Shown piece by piece: positions 1 to 9,049 of a stretch of DNA of 64,000 nt. This DNA comes from a virus. Lineage: Duplodnaviria; Caudoviricetes. Location of the stretch: IMG/VR virus record IMGVR_UViG_3300042350_003801. One strand, given 5' to 3'. Position 1 is the stretch's first letter. The number at the start of each line of letters is the position of its first letter. Both the position numbers and the translations under genes were made by a program. A model generated the notes under the pieces. That model did no database searches and had not been told where the DNA came from. It was given only the letters and a program-made list of their open reading frames with translations.

Positions 1-891
1 TGTTGGTGTGATACCATCACCAGCCCTAATTGCCGAAATGCTTACCTCTCTACCTCTAGAACCTACAATACGATATTCATCAAGTCTAGGTTGAATATCA
101 ATAGAAGTTGAAGGATAGTCGGGTTGAATTTCTCTACCAGATGATGCACCAAATGCAAGACCAATCTTCTCATAATACATCTGAAGATCAGTTCTAGAAG
201 ATGTATAAGACTGGAATATATCATTAATGACTACTGGATTGACACCATCGGCATTTTCGTGGTTGGTTAGTTTATGCTGTGAGAATAACGGGGCATATCT
301 ATTTGCTGTATAATCTTTATAGACTGTTACATCCGGGTCTTCAATTGTGATTTCATTGAAGAAGTTTTGTCCAGTAAGAAGGAAAATTGAGCCGCTTTCA
401 ATTGAATCATTTTCAGGATTAGGAATATAATCGGGAATGATAATCGTCTTACGATAATCTTGACCAATAATACTAACGCCACGGGGCAAGAAAATACCAC
501 CGTGAATTGAGTTTAATTTGTATAGGGCATTATTGTTGGTGGTAATATCAAAATTGGTATTGCTATCCCATTGTGTAAAATCACTTGAGGATGTGCCGCT
601 TCTTAGCCTAAAATTGTTTGTGCCATCTGGAATCCAACCTGGGCGGTTTGTTACTCTGTGGATACCAGGAGAAAGAATGATTGTGCAACGGGCAAAACGA
701 TCGTTGTTTGGGCCAACTTGGTATGAAAATCTCACTGCTTCTGCAATAGCCCGGTTTAGATTATAAAACGGGCGAGTGGGCGAATTGCCACGATTATCAA
801 TAGTGTCTGTAGAGTCTATTGAATCTGGGTTTACATATAAACATCTTCCAGTTGTATTTGAAAGCAGTTGGCTAAGTCTTGATAACCCCAT
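1..891 (-). CDS. Large cyanophage virion structural/tail protein, N-terminal part (runs off window start)
   Basis: My translation from ATG at 891 stays open to base 1 (MGLSRLSQLLSNTTGRCLYVNPDSIDSTDTIDNRGNSPTRPF...), resembling a conserved cyanomyovirus structural protein N-terminus; late-promoter-like CTAAATA upstream. Not in the ORF track. Confidence 0.7.
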   Translation of the reverse strand, partial: MGLSRLSQLLSNTTGRCLYVNPDSIDSTDTIDNRGNSPTRPFYNLNRAIAEAVRFSYQVGPNNDRFARCTIILSPGIHRVTNRPGWIPDGTNNFRLRSGTSSSDFTQWDSNTNFDITTNNNALYKLNSIHGGIFLPRGVSIIGQDYRKTIIIPDYIPNPENDSIESGSIFLLTGQNFFNEITIEDPDVTVYKDYTANRYAPLFSQHKLTNHENADGVNPVVINDIFQSYTSSRTDLQMYYEKIGLAFGASSGREIQPDYPSTSIDIQPRLDEYRIVGSRGREVSISAIRAGDGITPT

Positions 892-998
892 TCTTAATCC
901 ACAATTATTCCTATGGATTATTTAGTCGTGTTTGATAATATTAAAAAGTAAACAACTTACTGCAAAGATTATAAAAATTTCCAGTAGCGATGAGGTCG

Positions 999-1277
999 TC
1001 ATTCTACTGGAAGTTCTTCGGGGTTTTTAATATTCATTTCAAATAGAAGTGGATGGGCTTCTTCTGAAATCAAATAATCGGACCACTTTAACATTTGTTC
1101 AGATTTTATTCCAATCTTTTGATTTGCTTCCGTAAAGATTGTTGGGTCGCTTTTTGCAATTTCTGGAAGAATGTCAAAAGAAAAGGGAATTCCTTCAATG
1201 CAATAAACCTTTACCAACTCATTTGGTGTTTTGGGAACAATAAACCACCGGTAACAGGTGGTTATAGAATATTGCAT
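999..1277 (-). CDS. Hypothetical protein
   Basis: 92-aa ORF co-oriented with neighbours, plausible composition. Confidence 0.6.
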   Translation of the reverse strand: MQYSITTCYRWFIVPKTPNELVKVYCIEGIPFSFDILPEIAKSDPTIFTEANQKIGIKSEQMLKWSDYLISEEAHPLLFEMNIKNPEELPVE

Positions 1278-1418
1278 TTTTGATGCCGCGGCTAACAGTA
1301 TTTATTCATCGTCCTTAATATGCCGACGATTCAAAAATTCCTCAACTATCGAAATTATTTAAAGACCGTTGTAGATAAAAAATGGAAAACTTAGATGAAA
1401 GGTCCAATAAAAACTTCA

Positions 1419-1516
1419 CTAAATAAAGATGCCTGGTTGGTTGGCGCTTTTCAGGTGGGGGAGAATTTCTTCTCCCCTTATAAAATAAAACTTTACTAAA
1501 TAATATTGCCAACCAA
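1419..1516 (+). promoter_or_regulatory. Dual late-promoter/antisense hairpin module upstream of tnpB
   Basis: CTAAATA 1419-1425; stem CCTG/CAGG with loop GTTGGTTGGCG; hairpin GGGGAGAA..TTCTCCCC 1457-1477; second CTAAATA 1496-1502; complement TGCCAACCAAT 1507-1517. Confidence 0.65.
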
Positions 1517-1528
1517 TAAACAGAGCAG

Positions 1529-2725
1529 ATGCATTTAAAAGCATACAAGTTCAGGATTTATCCAGATAAAGAACAAGAAGTTATATTGGCGAAGACTTTC
1601 GGTTGCTGTAGGTTTGTTTGGAACAAACTCGTTGAAAACTTCAACAGTAACTCCAAGGAATTCATAAACGAAAAAACTTTGAAAGACACTCCCGAATTTG
1701 AATTTCTTAAAGAAGTTTCTGCTGCTGCTATTCAACAAAAAAGAAATGACTTTATTGATTTCAAGAAGCAGTTTTTCAATAAGAAAAGAAAGGCCAAATT
1801 AGGACGACCTTCTTTTAAGAAAAAATCAAATCGTCAGTCTTTTAGACTTCCCAATCAGAAGTTCGTTCTAGACCAAGAAAACTCTTTAGTTAGACTTGAA
1901 AAGATTGGTTGGGTTAAAGTTGTCGTTGACCGTGAAATTCCCGAAGATGCTGACTTTAGGAACATCACTGTTTCTAAAACACCAACCGGTAAATACTTTG
2001 TTTCAATTTTAGTTAAGCAAGAACTCAATCCAATACCCTCAACCGGCAAGGTAGTAGGTATTGATTTGGGCATTAAAGACTTGTTCATTCTTTCAAACGG
2101 ACAAGCAATTAACAATCCTAAATGGTTTCGCAAGAACCAAGCGAAACTCAAAAAAGCCCAGAAGCATTTAAGTAGGAAAAAGAAGGGAAGTAATCGTTAC
2201 ATTAAGCAACGAATTAAAGTTGCTAAAGTACACGAATACATTACAAACAGTAGAACTTACTTTCTTCATAACGTGTCTACTGCTTTAGTGAACACTTTTG
2301 ACTTGATAGTTCTTGAAGATTTAAACGTTTCTGGAATGCTGAAGAACCGCAAGTTGTCTAAATCAATCTCGGATGCTTCTTGGTCTACTTTTGTGTCTAT
2401 GCTGGAATACAAGTGTAACTGGTATGGAAAATTGTTGGTTAAAATTAACCGTTTCTTTCCGTCAAGTAAGACTTGTAGTTCTTGTGGTTACAAGAAAGAC
2501 AAAATGCCTCTTTCGGTTAGAGAATGGACTTGTCCATCTTGTGGTTGTCAACACGATAGAGACTTGAATGCCTCTATTAATATTTTAAAGGAAGGTTGGA
2601 GAAATCTAACCGACCGAGAACTTTCATCGGCGGAGTACGTCGATTACGGACGTGGAGCGGAATTAAGACTGAATGGTAATTCACATCATTTAGCATCTGC
2701 TATGAAGCGTCTAGAGAACCAATAG
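1529..2725 (+). CDS. tnpB: RNA-guided endonuclease TnpB (OrfB)
   Basis: N-terminal KAYKFRIYP HTH, RuvC-I GIDLG, RuvC-II IVLEDL, Zn finger CSSC..CPSC, RuvC-III DRDLNASINI; all catalytic acidic residues present. Confidence 0.95.
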   Translation: MHLKAYKFRIYPDKEQEVILAKTFGCCRFVWNKLVENFNSNSKEFINEKTLKDTPEFEFLKEVSAAAIQQKRNDFIDFKKQFFNKKRKAKLGRPSFKKKSNRQSFRLPNQKFVLDQENSLVRLEKIGWVKVVVDREIPEDADFRNITVSKTPTGKYFVSILVKQELNPIPSTGKVVGIDLGIKDLFILSNGQAINNPKWFRKNQAKLKKAQKHLSRKKKGSNRYIKQRIKVAKVHEYITNSRTYFLHNVSTALVNTFDLIVLEDLNVSGMLKNRKLSKSISDASWSTFVSMLEYKCNWYGKLLVKINRFFPSSKTCSSCGYKKDKMPLSVREWTCPSCGCQHDRDLNASINILKEGWRNLTDRELSSAEYVDYGRGAELRLNGNSHHLASAMKRLENQ

Positions 2726-2774
2726 AGTTTTTTGACTTTATTAGTTTTTATTACTATTTAACTGGTTCGGGAAT
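2626..2774 (+). ncRNA. TnpB omegaRNA (reRNA) scaffold plus predicted 20-nt guide (2755-2774, TATTTAACTGGTTCGGGAAT)
   Basis: Overlaps the tnpB 3' end as is typical for omegaRNAs; stems ATCGGCG/CGTCGAT and AATAGAGTT/GACTTTATT; conserved with the copy at 34635-34793 up to TTAC(TAT); true 5' end probably further upstream. Confidence 0.75.
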
Positions 2775-2960
2775 GATAGAATTAGAAAGAATGGCTTCAA
2801 GAACATCATTAATCTTAGAAACCAGTAGAAACATTAAATGCAATGGAAGAAGAATAATAATTCTAAGAATCAGATAATGGTAGCGAATATGAATAGTGTA
2901 GCCGGGAAATTTTTGATACTTTGCTTTCATCTTGTTGTCAATGAACTTAAAGGGATTCAT
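2754..2960 (-). CDS. Small hypothetical membrane protein; stop codon supplied by the TnpB element end
   Basis: 68 aa with hydrophobic stretch; TAG at 2754-2756 straddles the element junction. Confidence 0.6.
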   Translation of the reverse strand: MNPFKFIDNKMKAKYQKFPGYTIHIRYHYLILRIIILLPLHLMFLLVSKINDVLEAILSNSIIPEPVK

Positions 2961-3409
2961 AGTTCCGCTCCACCATATGAATGCAATTGGGGGAGCTTAG
3001 CACTTTCCACAACTTGCCTTAGCCGAAACCTAGTTGCGCGGTCTGGTAGTTTATTTCCATATGCCTGCTCACATTCTTTCTCGTGGTTAAGAAAATTAAC
3101 TAGCATTTCCCACCTTTCTGTGTATGGTTCTAAAAAGATAAGCTCATTAGTGGCGTCTTCTATGCGGTAAGACTTATGAAAAGACCCATATGCGAATGGA
3201 AAATTACTAGCCCAAAGTCTCAAGTCTCCTAGAATTATTGTATAATCACTTTCAATGACAAGCTCGGTATTCGGATCATCTAGAAGTTGATTTATTTTTT
3301 TAGACAATGCTTTAGAAGTTTTATAATTACTAATATAGGCGTTGGGATTGATCCAGTAGAAAAATTTCTCCATTTTGCTGGATTTGATGGTGATGTCGGA
3401 GATTTTCAT
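2957..3409 (-). CDS. Hypothetical protein
   Basis: 150-aa ORF, overlapping start/stop with neighbours. Confidence 0.7.
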   Translation of the reverse strand: MKISDITIKSSKMEKFFYWINPNAYISNYKTSKALSKKINQLLDDPNTELVIESDYTIILGDLRLWASNFPFAYGSFHKSYRIEDATNELIFLEPYTERWEMLVNFLNHEKECEQAYGNKLPDRATRFRLRQVVESAKLPQLHSYGGAEL

Positions 3410-3648
3410 TAGAGTCCTAGTAAATGAGCAAGAGCTGTTTCAGTTTTTAAAATGACAGTCTTATAATATATGAGCCTATTAATAAGACTTTCCTGGTTAG
3501 CTACATATTCTCCACCGTGATTTGTCATTTTTAGATAACGGGTTCCATCTGGTTTTTCCATTACCCAGGCCGTTCCATCACATTCCTATTCGTGCCATAG
3601 GACTGGAAATGTGAAGATGATCTTATCTTCGTCTAGGGTTTGGTTCAT
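3409..3648 (-). pseudogene. Small ORF with one internal TAG (codon 21)
   Basis: MNQTLDEDKIIFTFPVLWHE*ECDGTAWVMEKPDGTRYLKMTNHGG...LLGL*; TAG at 3586-3588, one base from TGG. Confidence 0.55.
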
Positions 3649-3650
3649 AA

Positions 3651-3935
3651 TTAAAGGGTTTCTAGTGCTTGGGGGATAGCGTCGTGTTGCATAAAGTGAG
3701 TATCGTAAATATTTGGCTCCGGTTTACGGAGTGTCCATTGTTGTTCAAAGTCAACGAAACACCAGCATCGCCCCCGTTTGTCACAAAATCCAGGCGTCTT
3801 CAGGGGCAGCGCACTGGCCGATATGGGAACAATCGCTGAGTCTAATGCTTTTAGTAATGCAGTGCGTTATTGCCCCATTGATTGAAAACTCATAGCGTAA
3901 CCATCGTTTGCGATCAAGTCTCTAATACTTTTCAT
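3651..3935 (-). pseudogene. Small ORF with one internal TAA (codon 23)
   Basis: MKSIRDLIANDGYAMSFQSMGQ*RTALLKALDSAIVP...QALETL*; TAA at 3867-3869, one base from a Tyr codon. Confidence 0.5.
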
Positions 3936-4202
3936 AATCAAAGAGTTTCTAGTGCGTGGATTTGGGGTCGTCAGATCATCATTAAGGAAAATTTGTCAGT
4001 CGTCAATGGCAACCCCTTCAACAAGCCAGGAAAGGCGTTGAAACCGAGAAGATGTGAGAGGAACAAGGGATCCTTCTTGTTCAAGGCTGTTCTTGAGCAA
4101 GAAATCAAGAAAAAGTGCCAACCTTTTATAATAATTGCGCTCTTTATCATCCATTTGCTTTTTGGGTGAGTTCATCGGTGGTTGTTAAAGACTCTTATAT
4201 AA

Positions 4203-4227
4203 TACAAGAAATCCCCCAAAAGGGGGA
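4203..4227 (-). terminator. Intrinsic terminator after the NAD operon
   Basis: TCCCCC-TTTT-GGGGGA hairpin followed by ATTTCTT on the minus strand, just after the nadV stop. Confidence 0.6.
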
Positions 4228-4241
4228 ATTTGTGTGCCACT

Positions 4242-5615
4242 TCAGAATGTGACCCTGCTCCTGACGGTTTCAAAGTCTACAAGATTGTGCAACTGTCCAT
4301 TTTCAAAGACAGTTTGAAGAGCGATCGGATAATCCAATGCACCTTCAATATCTGTTACAAAACCATTTTCGGTCTTATAAAGAGTTACACGACCCTTCTT
4401 GGATTCCTTACCGAAATCTGTGATTGGTTGCTTGTAAACATCTCGCCATTCACCATTGACCTTGGCTGCAGAGCATTTCATTGCAAACTTCAAGGTATCC
4501 CTATCCACTTGCTGAAGAAGTCCACCACCTTGACCGAAGGTAATATTATCTGCCGAGAAACCAGCAGTGGTTGCACGATAGAGAATTCGGTCAATTGTTG
4601 CCTGATTGATACCGTCGCCTTGAATAACACTAACATTGTTAAGAACCTTATAGCCCTTATCGTTGATAGTATGCCCGAAGTGTTCGTCAAGAATTCGCAG
4701 ACATTCTGCTACAACTTGTGGAGAGTCGCCGCTGTCTGGTCGAATTCCGACGACTGCACCAGAATTGATAACTTCATCTTTCAACTCTGTTCCCCAGAGT
4801 TTACTACAGGCATCATAGATGTTGTAACTATCGCTAACAACTGCTAGAACTGCTCCAGGTTTACCGAAGAGTTTTAGCATATTGCGATAAGCCTCAACCT
4901 CGTTTTCTCGGCCCCAAGATACCATCGAGCTGTGTTCACTAGCCGGGATAGAGAATCCTGCCATCTTGGCATCATAATACTTTCTTGCATAAAGAAGGGC
5001 TGCTACAGTATCAGTTCCTTTGAAGTTGACAAGATGGGCTGCCCCACCAATGCCAGCAGATTCATAAGAAGAGACACCTCGAAATCCGAAATCTTGCAGC
5101 TTGAAATCAATCAAATCTGGATTACCCGTTTTATGAAGATACTCTAGGATGATTCTCTTACTGGTGTAAGAATTCGTGCAGACTGTCGTTGGATACCATA
5201 CCGCTCGGAGCAATGCCGTCTCCAAGAAAGAACTTAACCACCAGCACTTGGGGTCAGTTGGTTCAATCGTAACAAGAACATTCTTCGTTGGAACAACTGT
5301 TCCTTCTGGAACTGCCTTGATTATAACTGGAAGCCAGCCATTATGCTCTTTGAGAATGTATTCCCAAAGTTCACGGTAGAATGGTTCACCGTGAGCCGTG
5401 ATAATCTCTTCTGCAACATCAATGTCTTCTTGTGTGATCGGTTTGGACATATATTCCTTGAGGAACATCTGTAAACCAAAGAACACAGTTTCATCCCATT
5501 TACCACCTCTACTCTCAATGTAAGAGTAGACGCTTTCAGTTCCAGGAGGATACTGATAAGGTTGGGAATACTTGTAGGAATCAGCGTTGAGAATTAGATT
5601 TTTAAAAAGGTCCAT
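4242..5615 (-). CDS. nadV: Nicotinamide phosphoribosyltransferase (NAMPT)
   Basis: NADSYKYSQ, DFGFRG, IPASEHS, VVSDSY, IRPDSG, IQGDGI, FGQGGGLLQ motifs. Confidence 0.95.
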   Translation of the reverse strand: MDLFKNLILNADSYKYSQPYQYPPGTESVYSYIESRGGKWDETVFFGLQMFLKEYMSKPITQEDIDVAEEIITAHGEPFYRELWEYILKEHNGWLPVIIKAVPEGTVVPTKNVLVTIEPTDPKCWWLSSFLETALLRAVWYPTTVCTNSYTSKRIILEYLHKTGNPDLIDFKLQDFGFRGVSSYESAGIGGAAHLVNFKGTDTVAALLYARKYYDAKMAGFSIPASEHSSMVSWGRENEVEAYRNMLKLFGKPGAVLAVVSDSYNIYDACSKLWGTELKDEVINSGAVVGIRPDSGDSPQVVAECLRILDEHFGHTINDKGYKVLNNVSVIQGDGINQATIDRILYRATTAGFSADNITFGQGGGLLQQVDRDTLKFAMKCSAAKVNGEWRDVYKQPITDFGKESKKGRVTLYKTENGFVTDIEGALDYPIALQTVFENGQLHNLVDFETVRSRVTF

Positions 5616-5697
5616 TTTAAACTCCTTAAAATGTAGTGTGTATTTGTGCCTTCCGTCTATCGGGAGGACTTTCGTGTTTTAAAGTCTTTACACCTGA

Positions 5698-6198
5698 CTA
5701 TGGTTGATACTCTACAACCGTAACCTCTGCAAAGTCTTTAACTCTTTCAGAGAACTCTTCAATCATTTTAGAAATTCTACTCCAATCGCCGCAAGCAAGA
5801 CCAGCGCCAATCATTGGAAATCCGATATTGATTTTGTCTGGATATAACCAAATCGCAGATGTAATAGTAGCTGCATAATTATTCAAAAATTCCCGAAAAG
5901 CATCATATTCAAAGACATCCTTTCCGAGTCCAAAAAAATATTGAGTATATACATTAATAACAATGAATGTAGTTTCACCCACTTCTATATTCACCTCGGT
6001 AGATTTTCCTAATTTTTCTTTATCTCCATATTTGGATTGGGTTTTATCTGCTTCTAATACTTGTGGATATTTACGTGCAAGCTGCCCCGCAAGACCAGAA
6101 GATTGGGTATGAAAGCAATTACACCCCTGCACAATCAGGTCAAACACACCTTGTTCGGCAAGTTTGATTAAGTCTCCTTTAACGATTTTCATAATCAA
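5698..6198 (-). CDS. Macro-domain (ADP-ribose binding/hydrolase) protein
   Basis: VKGDLI, QGCNCFHTQSSGLAGQL, FPMIGAGLACGDW motifs. Confidence 0.9.
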   Translation of the reverse strand: MIMKIVKGDLIKLAEQGVFDLIVQGCNCFHTQSSGLAGQLARKYPQVLEADKTQSKYGDKEKLGKSTEVNIEVGETTFIVINVYTQYFFGLGKDVFEYDAFREFLNNYAATITSAIWLYPDKINIGFPMIGAGLACGDWSRISKMIEEFSERVKDFAEVTVVEYQP

Positions 6199-6725
6199 AA
6201 CATTACCAATTCAGGTTTACCAATAATATCCTCTCGTAGTTGAGTAAGAACTTGACCCAACCAATTAGTTCCTTGCCAGTTTTTGGGGTCTTTAATTCCT
6301 TCCTCATAACCACCCATTCCAATCCCCCATACAGTATCAGTTGGAGAGGCTTCTACAAGAAGATAACCATCAGTTTCCATCAGGTAATTGTAAGCATCCT
6401 CGTTTTGAGTGAACTTGTAATAACACCCTTCATAAACAATCTGACGAGCGTGTTGGTCCCAAACGGTTTTATCAAATCCCTTCACCTTTCGCCCCAATGC
6501 TTTTTGGTCGCCAGGGAAAGTCTTGGACATAATACGTTTGGCGATTTCATAGTCTTGAAAGAGAAAAGCCTTTTTCTCCATCATATACTGCTCTGCACAG
6601 TTATAGGGTGTTCCTGAACGAGTATCCAAGAAAGGGGTATCCGCCCAGTTGGACAAATAGCCATTGAAGAAAAACACATACTGATTGTATTTTTCAAGAA
6701 AGTTCTGCTCTGTAAATCGTAACAC
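6195..6725 (-). CDS. NADAR family ADP-ribosylhydrolase (YbiA-like)
   Basis: LSNW, AEQYMM.KKA.LF.D, KALGRKV, KFTQN, LVEASP.D..WGIG, G.N.LG..L motifs. Confidence 0.92.
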   Translation of the reverse strand: MLRFTEQNFLEKYNQYVFFFNGYLSNWADTPFLDTRSGTPYNCAEQYMMEKKAFLFQDYEIAKRIMSKTFPGDQKALGRKVKGFDKTVWDQHARQIVYEGCYYKFTQNEDAYNYLMETDGYLLVEASPTDTVWGIGMGGYEEGIKDPKNWQGTNWLGQVLTQLREDIIGKPELVMF

Positions 6726-6727
6726 AA

Positions 6728-7759
6728 TTAAACTCCAGTAAAATAAGAAATAATTTCGTAGTGGTCTTCAAAAGTCTGGGAGGAATCTACTTGAGAAAGG
6801 GGAATCCAAGTTGCAGAAGTTGCATCAGAACCTCCCCGGACTTTCGGTAGTTCGCCATCGGGAAGACAAATGTTAAAAGCGTGAGTAATAGTTCTACCTC
6901 TTGAACTACGTTGAATTGCATCAAAAACGCGGGTGTTCTTAATGTTTCCGCGAAGAACAGGAGAAGGAACTTTAAGACCAGTTTCTTCTCGGAGTTCTCT
7001 AATCATTGCATCCTCAAGAGATGCATCACTATTTGCATCCAAGAAGCCTCCTGGAAGTGCAAGCAATCCTCGCCCAGGTTCAGAGCGACGATTGATCATC
7101 AAGATGTGGCCAGATTGAATAACTACTGCATCTACAGTCACAAATGTTGGAGGATAAGGATATGATGCAAATTGTTGCTTATACATTTCCTCAAAGTGTC
7201 TTTCTCGGACAACTTGAGCAAACTCTTCAGTTTTCTTAAACACTTCAAGATATTCTAGAATACGTTGTGGAACCACTCCTTGTATGAAATTAAGATTAGA
7301 ATCATCCCGGAAATACAAATTCCTAATGTTAGTTGCACTCAATTCTTCAACAAGAGGAACCTCAACAAGTTCCCATTGGGGGAACATTTCAAGATAGTAA
7401 GAACTTTCATCTTTTTTGTGACCGATGATAGCCACCTTATCAGTGGGTGCAGTTTCAGCCTTTACGATTTCTTGAACTCGGACTGCCCAGGCGGTGTCAT
7501 TGTATAGACTATCTCGGGTTCCTACGACTACAAAATCCAGTTCTTCTTCGTATCCAAGATTGGATAGAGTAGGAGAAATCATATCATAACGGTCGCAGAG
7601 TGTAAATGGATTCTTATAGGTTCGCGGCTGATGTGCAGAACCGACTACAAGAATAACTTTATCTGCTAGCGCTGCTGCTTGTTTGAAAATTTCTAAGTGT
7701 GCATTGTGAAACGGCTGAAATCTACCGATGAACACGATGGCATCGTATTGTTTGGTCAT
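6728..7759 (-). CDS. nadM: Bifunctional NMN adenylyltransferase/Nudix ADP-ribose pyrophosphatase (NadM-Nudix)
   Basis: IGRFQPFHNAH, SATNIR, Nudix box ALPGGF...RELREETG. Confidence 0.95.
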   Translation of the reverse strand: MTKQYDAIVFIGRFQPFHNAHLEIFKQAAALADKVILVVGSAHQPRTYKNPFTLCDRYDMISPTLSNLGYEEELDFVVVGTRDSLYNDTAWAVRVQEIVKAETAPTDKVAIIGHKKDESSYYLEMFPQWELVEVPLVEELSATNIRNLYFRDDSNLNFIQGVVPQRILEYLEVFKKTEEFAQVVRERHFEEMYKQQFASYPYPPTFVTVDAVVIQSGHILMINRRSEPGRGLLALPGGFLDANSDASLEDAMIRELREETGLKVPSPVLRGNIKNTRVFDAIQRSSRGRTITHAFNICLPDGELPKVRGGSDATSATWIPLSQVDSSQTFEDHYEIISYFTGV

Positions 7760-7881
7760 TGTAAGCTCCTTACAAATGGTTTATGTGTGGGGCGTCTATC
7801 GCTCCAGGATTATATAGTAACACGGTTTGTGGGCTTTGGGAAAACTATGTGCCACCGCTTAAAGCGGCACACAGAAAACAA

Positions 7882-8994
7882 TCACATCGCAAATCCAATA
7901 GCGCGGGCTTCTTTCTTCTTGGTGTATTTTTGGGAGTTAAAAATCTCAGCAATCGTGAAATTTTGCTCAGGAAGTTCAACTTCTACGCCTTGCTTCTCCG
8001 CAACAGCAATTGCCTCATCTTTAGTAAGTTGACGGAACTGTAGAACATCAAAACAACGACCGGGACGAATAAGGGCTTGGTCAACATCACTGAGACTAGC
8101 AAGATTGGTCGTAAAGATAATCTTTTTATCTGACGAAGAAATTAGACCATCACCAGCATTAAGAAATTTGTGAATGGTCCGGTTTCCGCTCTCACGGGAA
8201 GTCAAATATGCATCGGCATCCTCAAAAATGAGGTAGTTTACCGAAGAGTCATCAATGAAACTACTCAAAAAATTGTCGCTTTTAAGAATCGCATCATCAT
8301 AAGAGAGTAGTGCATTCTTTTTAAAATGTTGTAGTAGCCCCCGAATGAACGTCGTTTTACCAGTTCCAGGTGGCCCTTGAAGGAGAAGAATAGAGGCAGA
8401 AGATGAGTTAAACCGTTCATAATATTCCTCAAGGCTTTCACCATTGAGGAAAGGATACATCTCAGTGAAAGGAGTATTCTTTACCTCCAGCTCTTTTCTA
8501 ACTTTAACCATTTTATGATTGTCATCCGTAAAACACCAGTTAATCATACATTTTTGTTCTTCGGTGTATTTTTCAAAATGTTCATATAGAACTGCGATAA
8601 ATTTTTCAATTTCTTCTTTATCTCCACGCATCATTACATTAAAACTACGAGTATTAGATGTAATTGCGAAGTTTACAATAATATTATCAAAAATCAAACT
8701 ATATGTATTAGTCGGACAAGTTGTGAATACTTGTGGTTTAGGATCGGGAAAAATTGTAATAAAATCTTCAAATTTTTCCCGAAATGCTTCATTAACCCCA
8801 TTGTTTATCTGGCCTTTCGGGGCCTCTAGACACACTTCTTCTGTGTGTAAATTTTTTCCTGCGTTAATATAATTAACAATAAATTGAGCATTGATGGCGT
8901 TACGAAGCTCGTAACTACCAAAAGAACTATTATTTTGATGAAGAGTTGGGGCTGGAATAGTAAGACGGGTTTCGGTCATCTTGATTAATTTCAA
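7882..8994 (-). CDS. AAA+ ATPase (paralog of 37577-38650)
   Basis: Walker A GPPGTGKT, Walker B LIFEDAD, FTTN, ALIRPGRCFD. Confidence 0.9.
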   Translation of the reverse strand: MKLIKMTETRLTIPAPTLHQNNSSFGSYELRNAINAQFIVNYINAGKNLHTEEVCLEAPKGQINNGVNEAFREKFEDFITIFPDPKPQVFTTCPTNTYSLIFDNIIVNFAITSNTRSFNVMMRGDKEEIEKFIAVLYEHFEKYTEEQKCMINWCFTDDNHKMVKVRKELEVKNTPFTEMYPFLNGESLEEYYERFNSSSASILLLQGPPGTGKTTFIRGLLQHFKKNALLSYDDAILKSDNFLSSFIDDSSVNYLIFEDADAYLTSRESGNRTIHKFLNAGDGLISSSDKKIIFTTNLASLSDVDQALIRPGRCFDVLQFRQLTKDEAIAVAEKQGVEVELPEQNFTIAEIFNSQKYTKKKEARAIGFAM

Positions 8995-9049
8995 AGGTTC
9001 CTAGAGCCTAACACTTCTAGGAACCTTTGGTGGGGTTGTGTGCCAGTTA

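Larger units (their letters stand above)
1398..2754 (+). mobile_element. TnpB-only (IS200/IS605-derived) element without TnpA
   Basis: Contains regulatory leader, tnpB and omegaRNA scaffold ending TTAC at 2754. Joining 1397 to 2755 restores the interrupted minus-strand ORF end (PEPVK-Y-I-TAA). Left boundary is inferred. Confidence 0.7.

Noticed and set aside
3409-3935. Stop-codon reassignment
   Set aside because: The two interruptions are different codons (TAG and TAA), TAG is used as a true stop (tnpB), long genes are uninterrupted, and no suppressor tRNA is seen.
4230-4847. Plus-strand ORFs antisense to real genes (for example 4230-4847, 8519-8872, 14587-14979, 20514-20924, 62092-62607)
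   Set aside because: Shadow frames of well-supported minus-strand genes, with no motifs.
5520-5540. TAGACGCTT matches to the omegaRNA (also near 23585)
   Set aside because: Only 9-nt matches inside coding genes, with no other scaffold elements.
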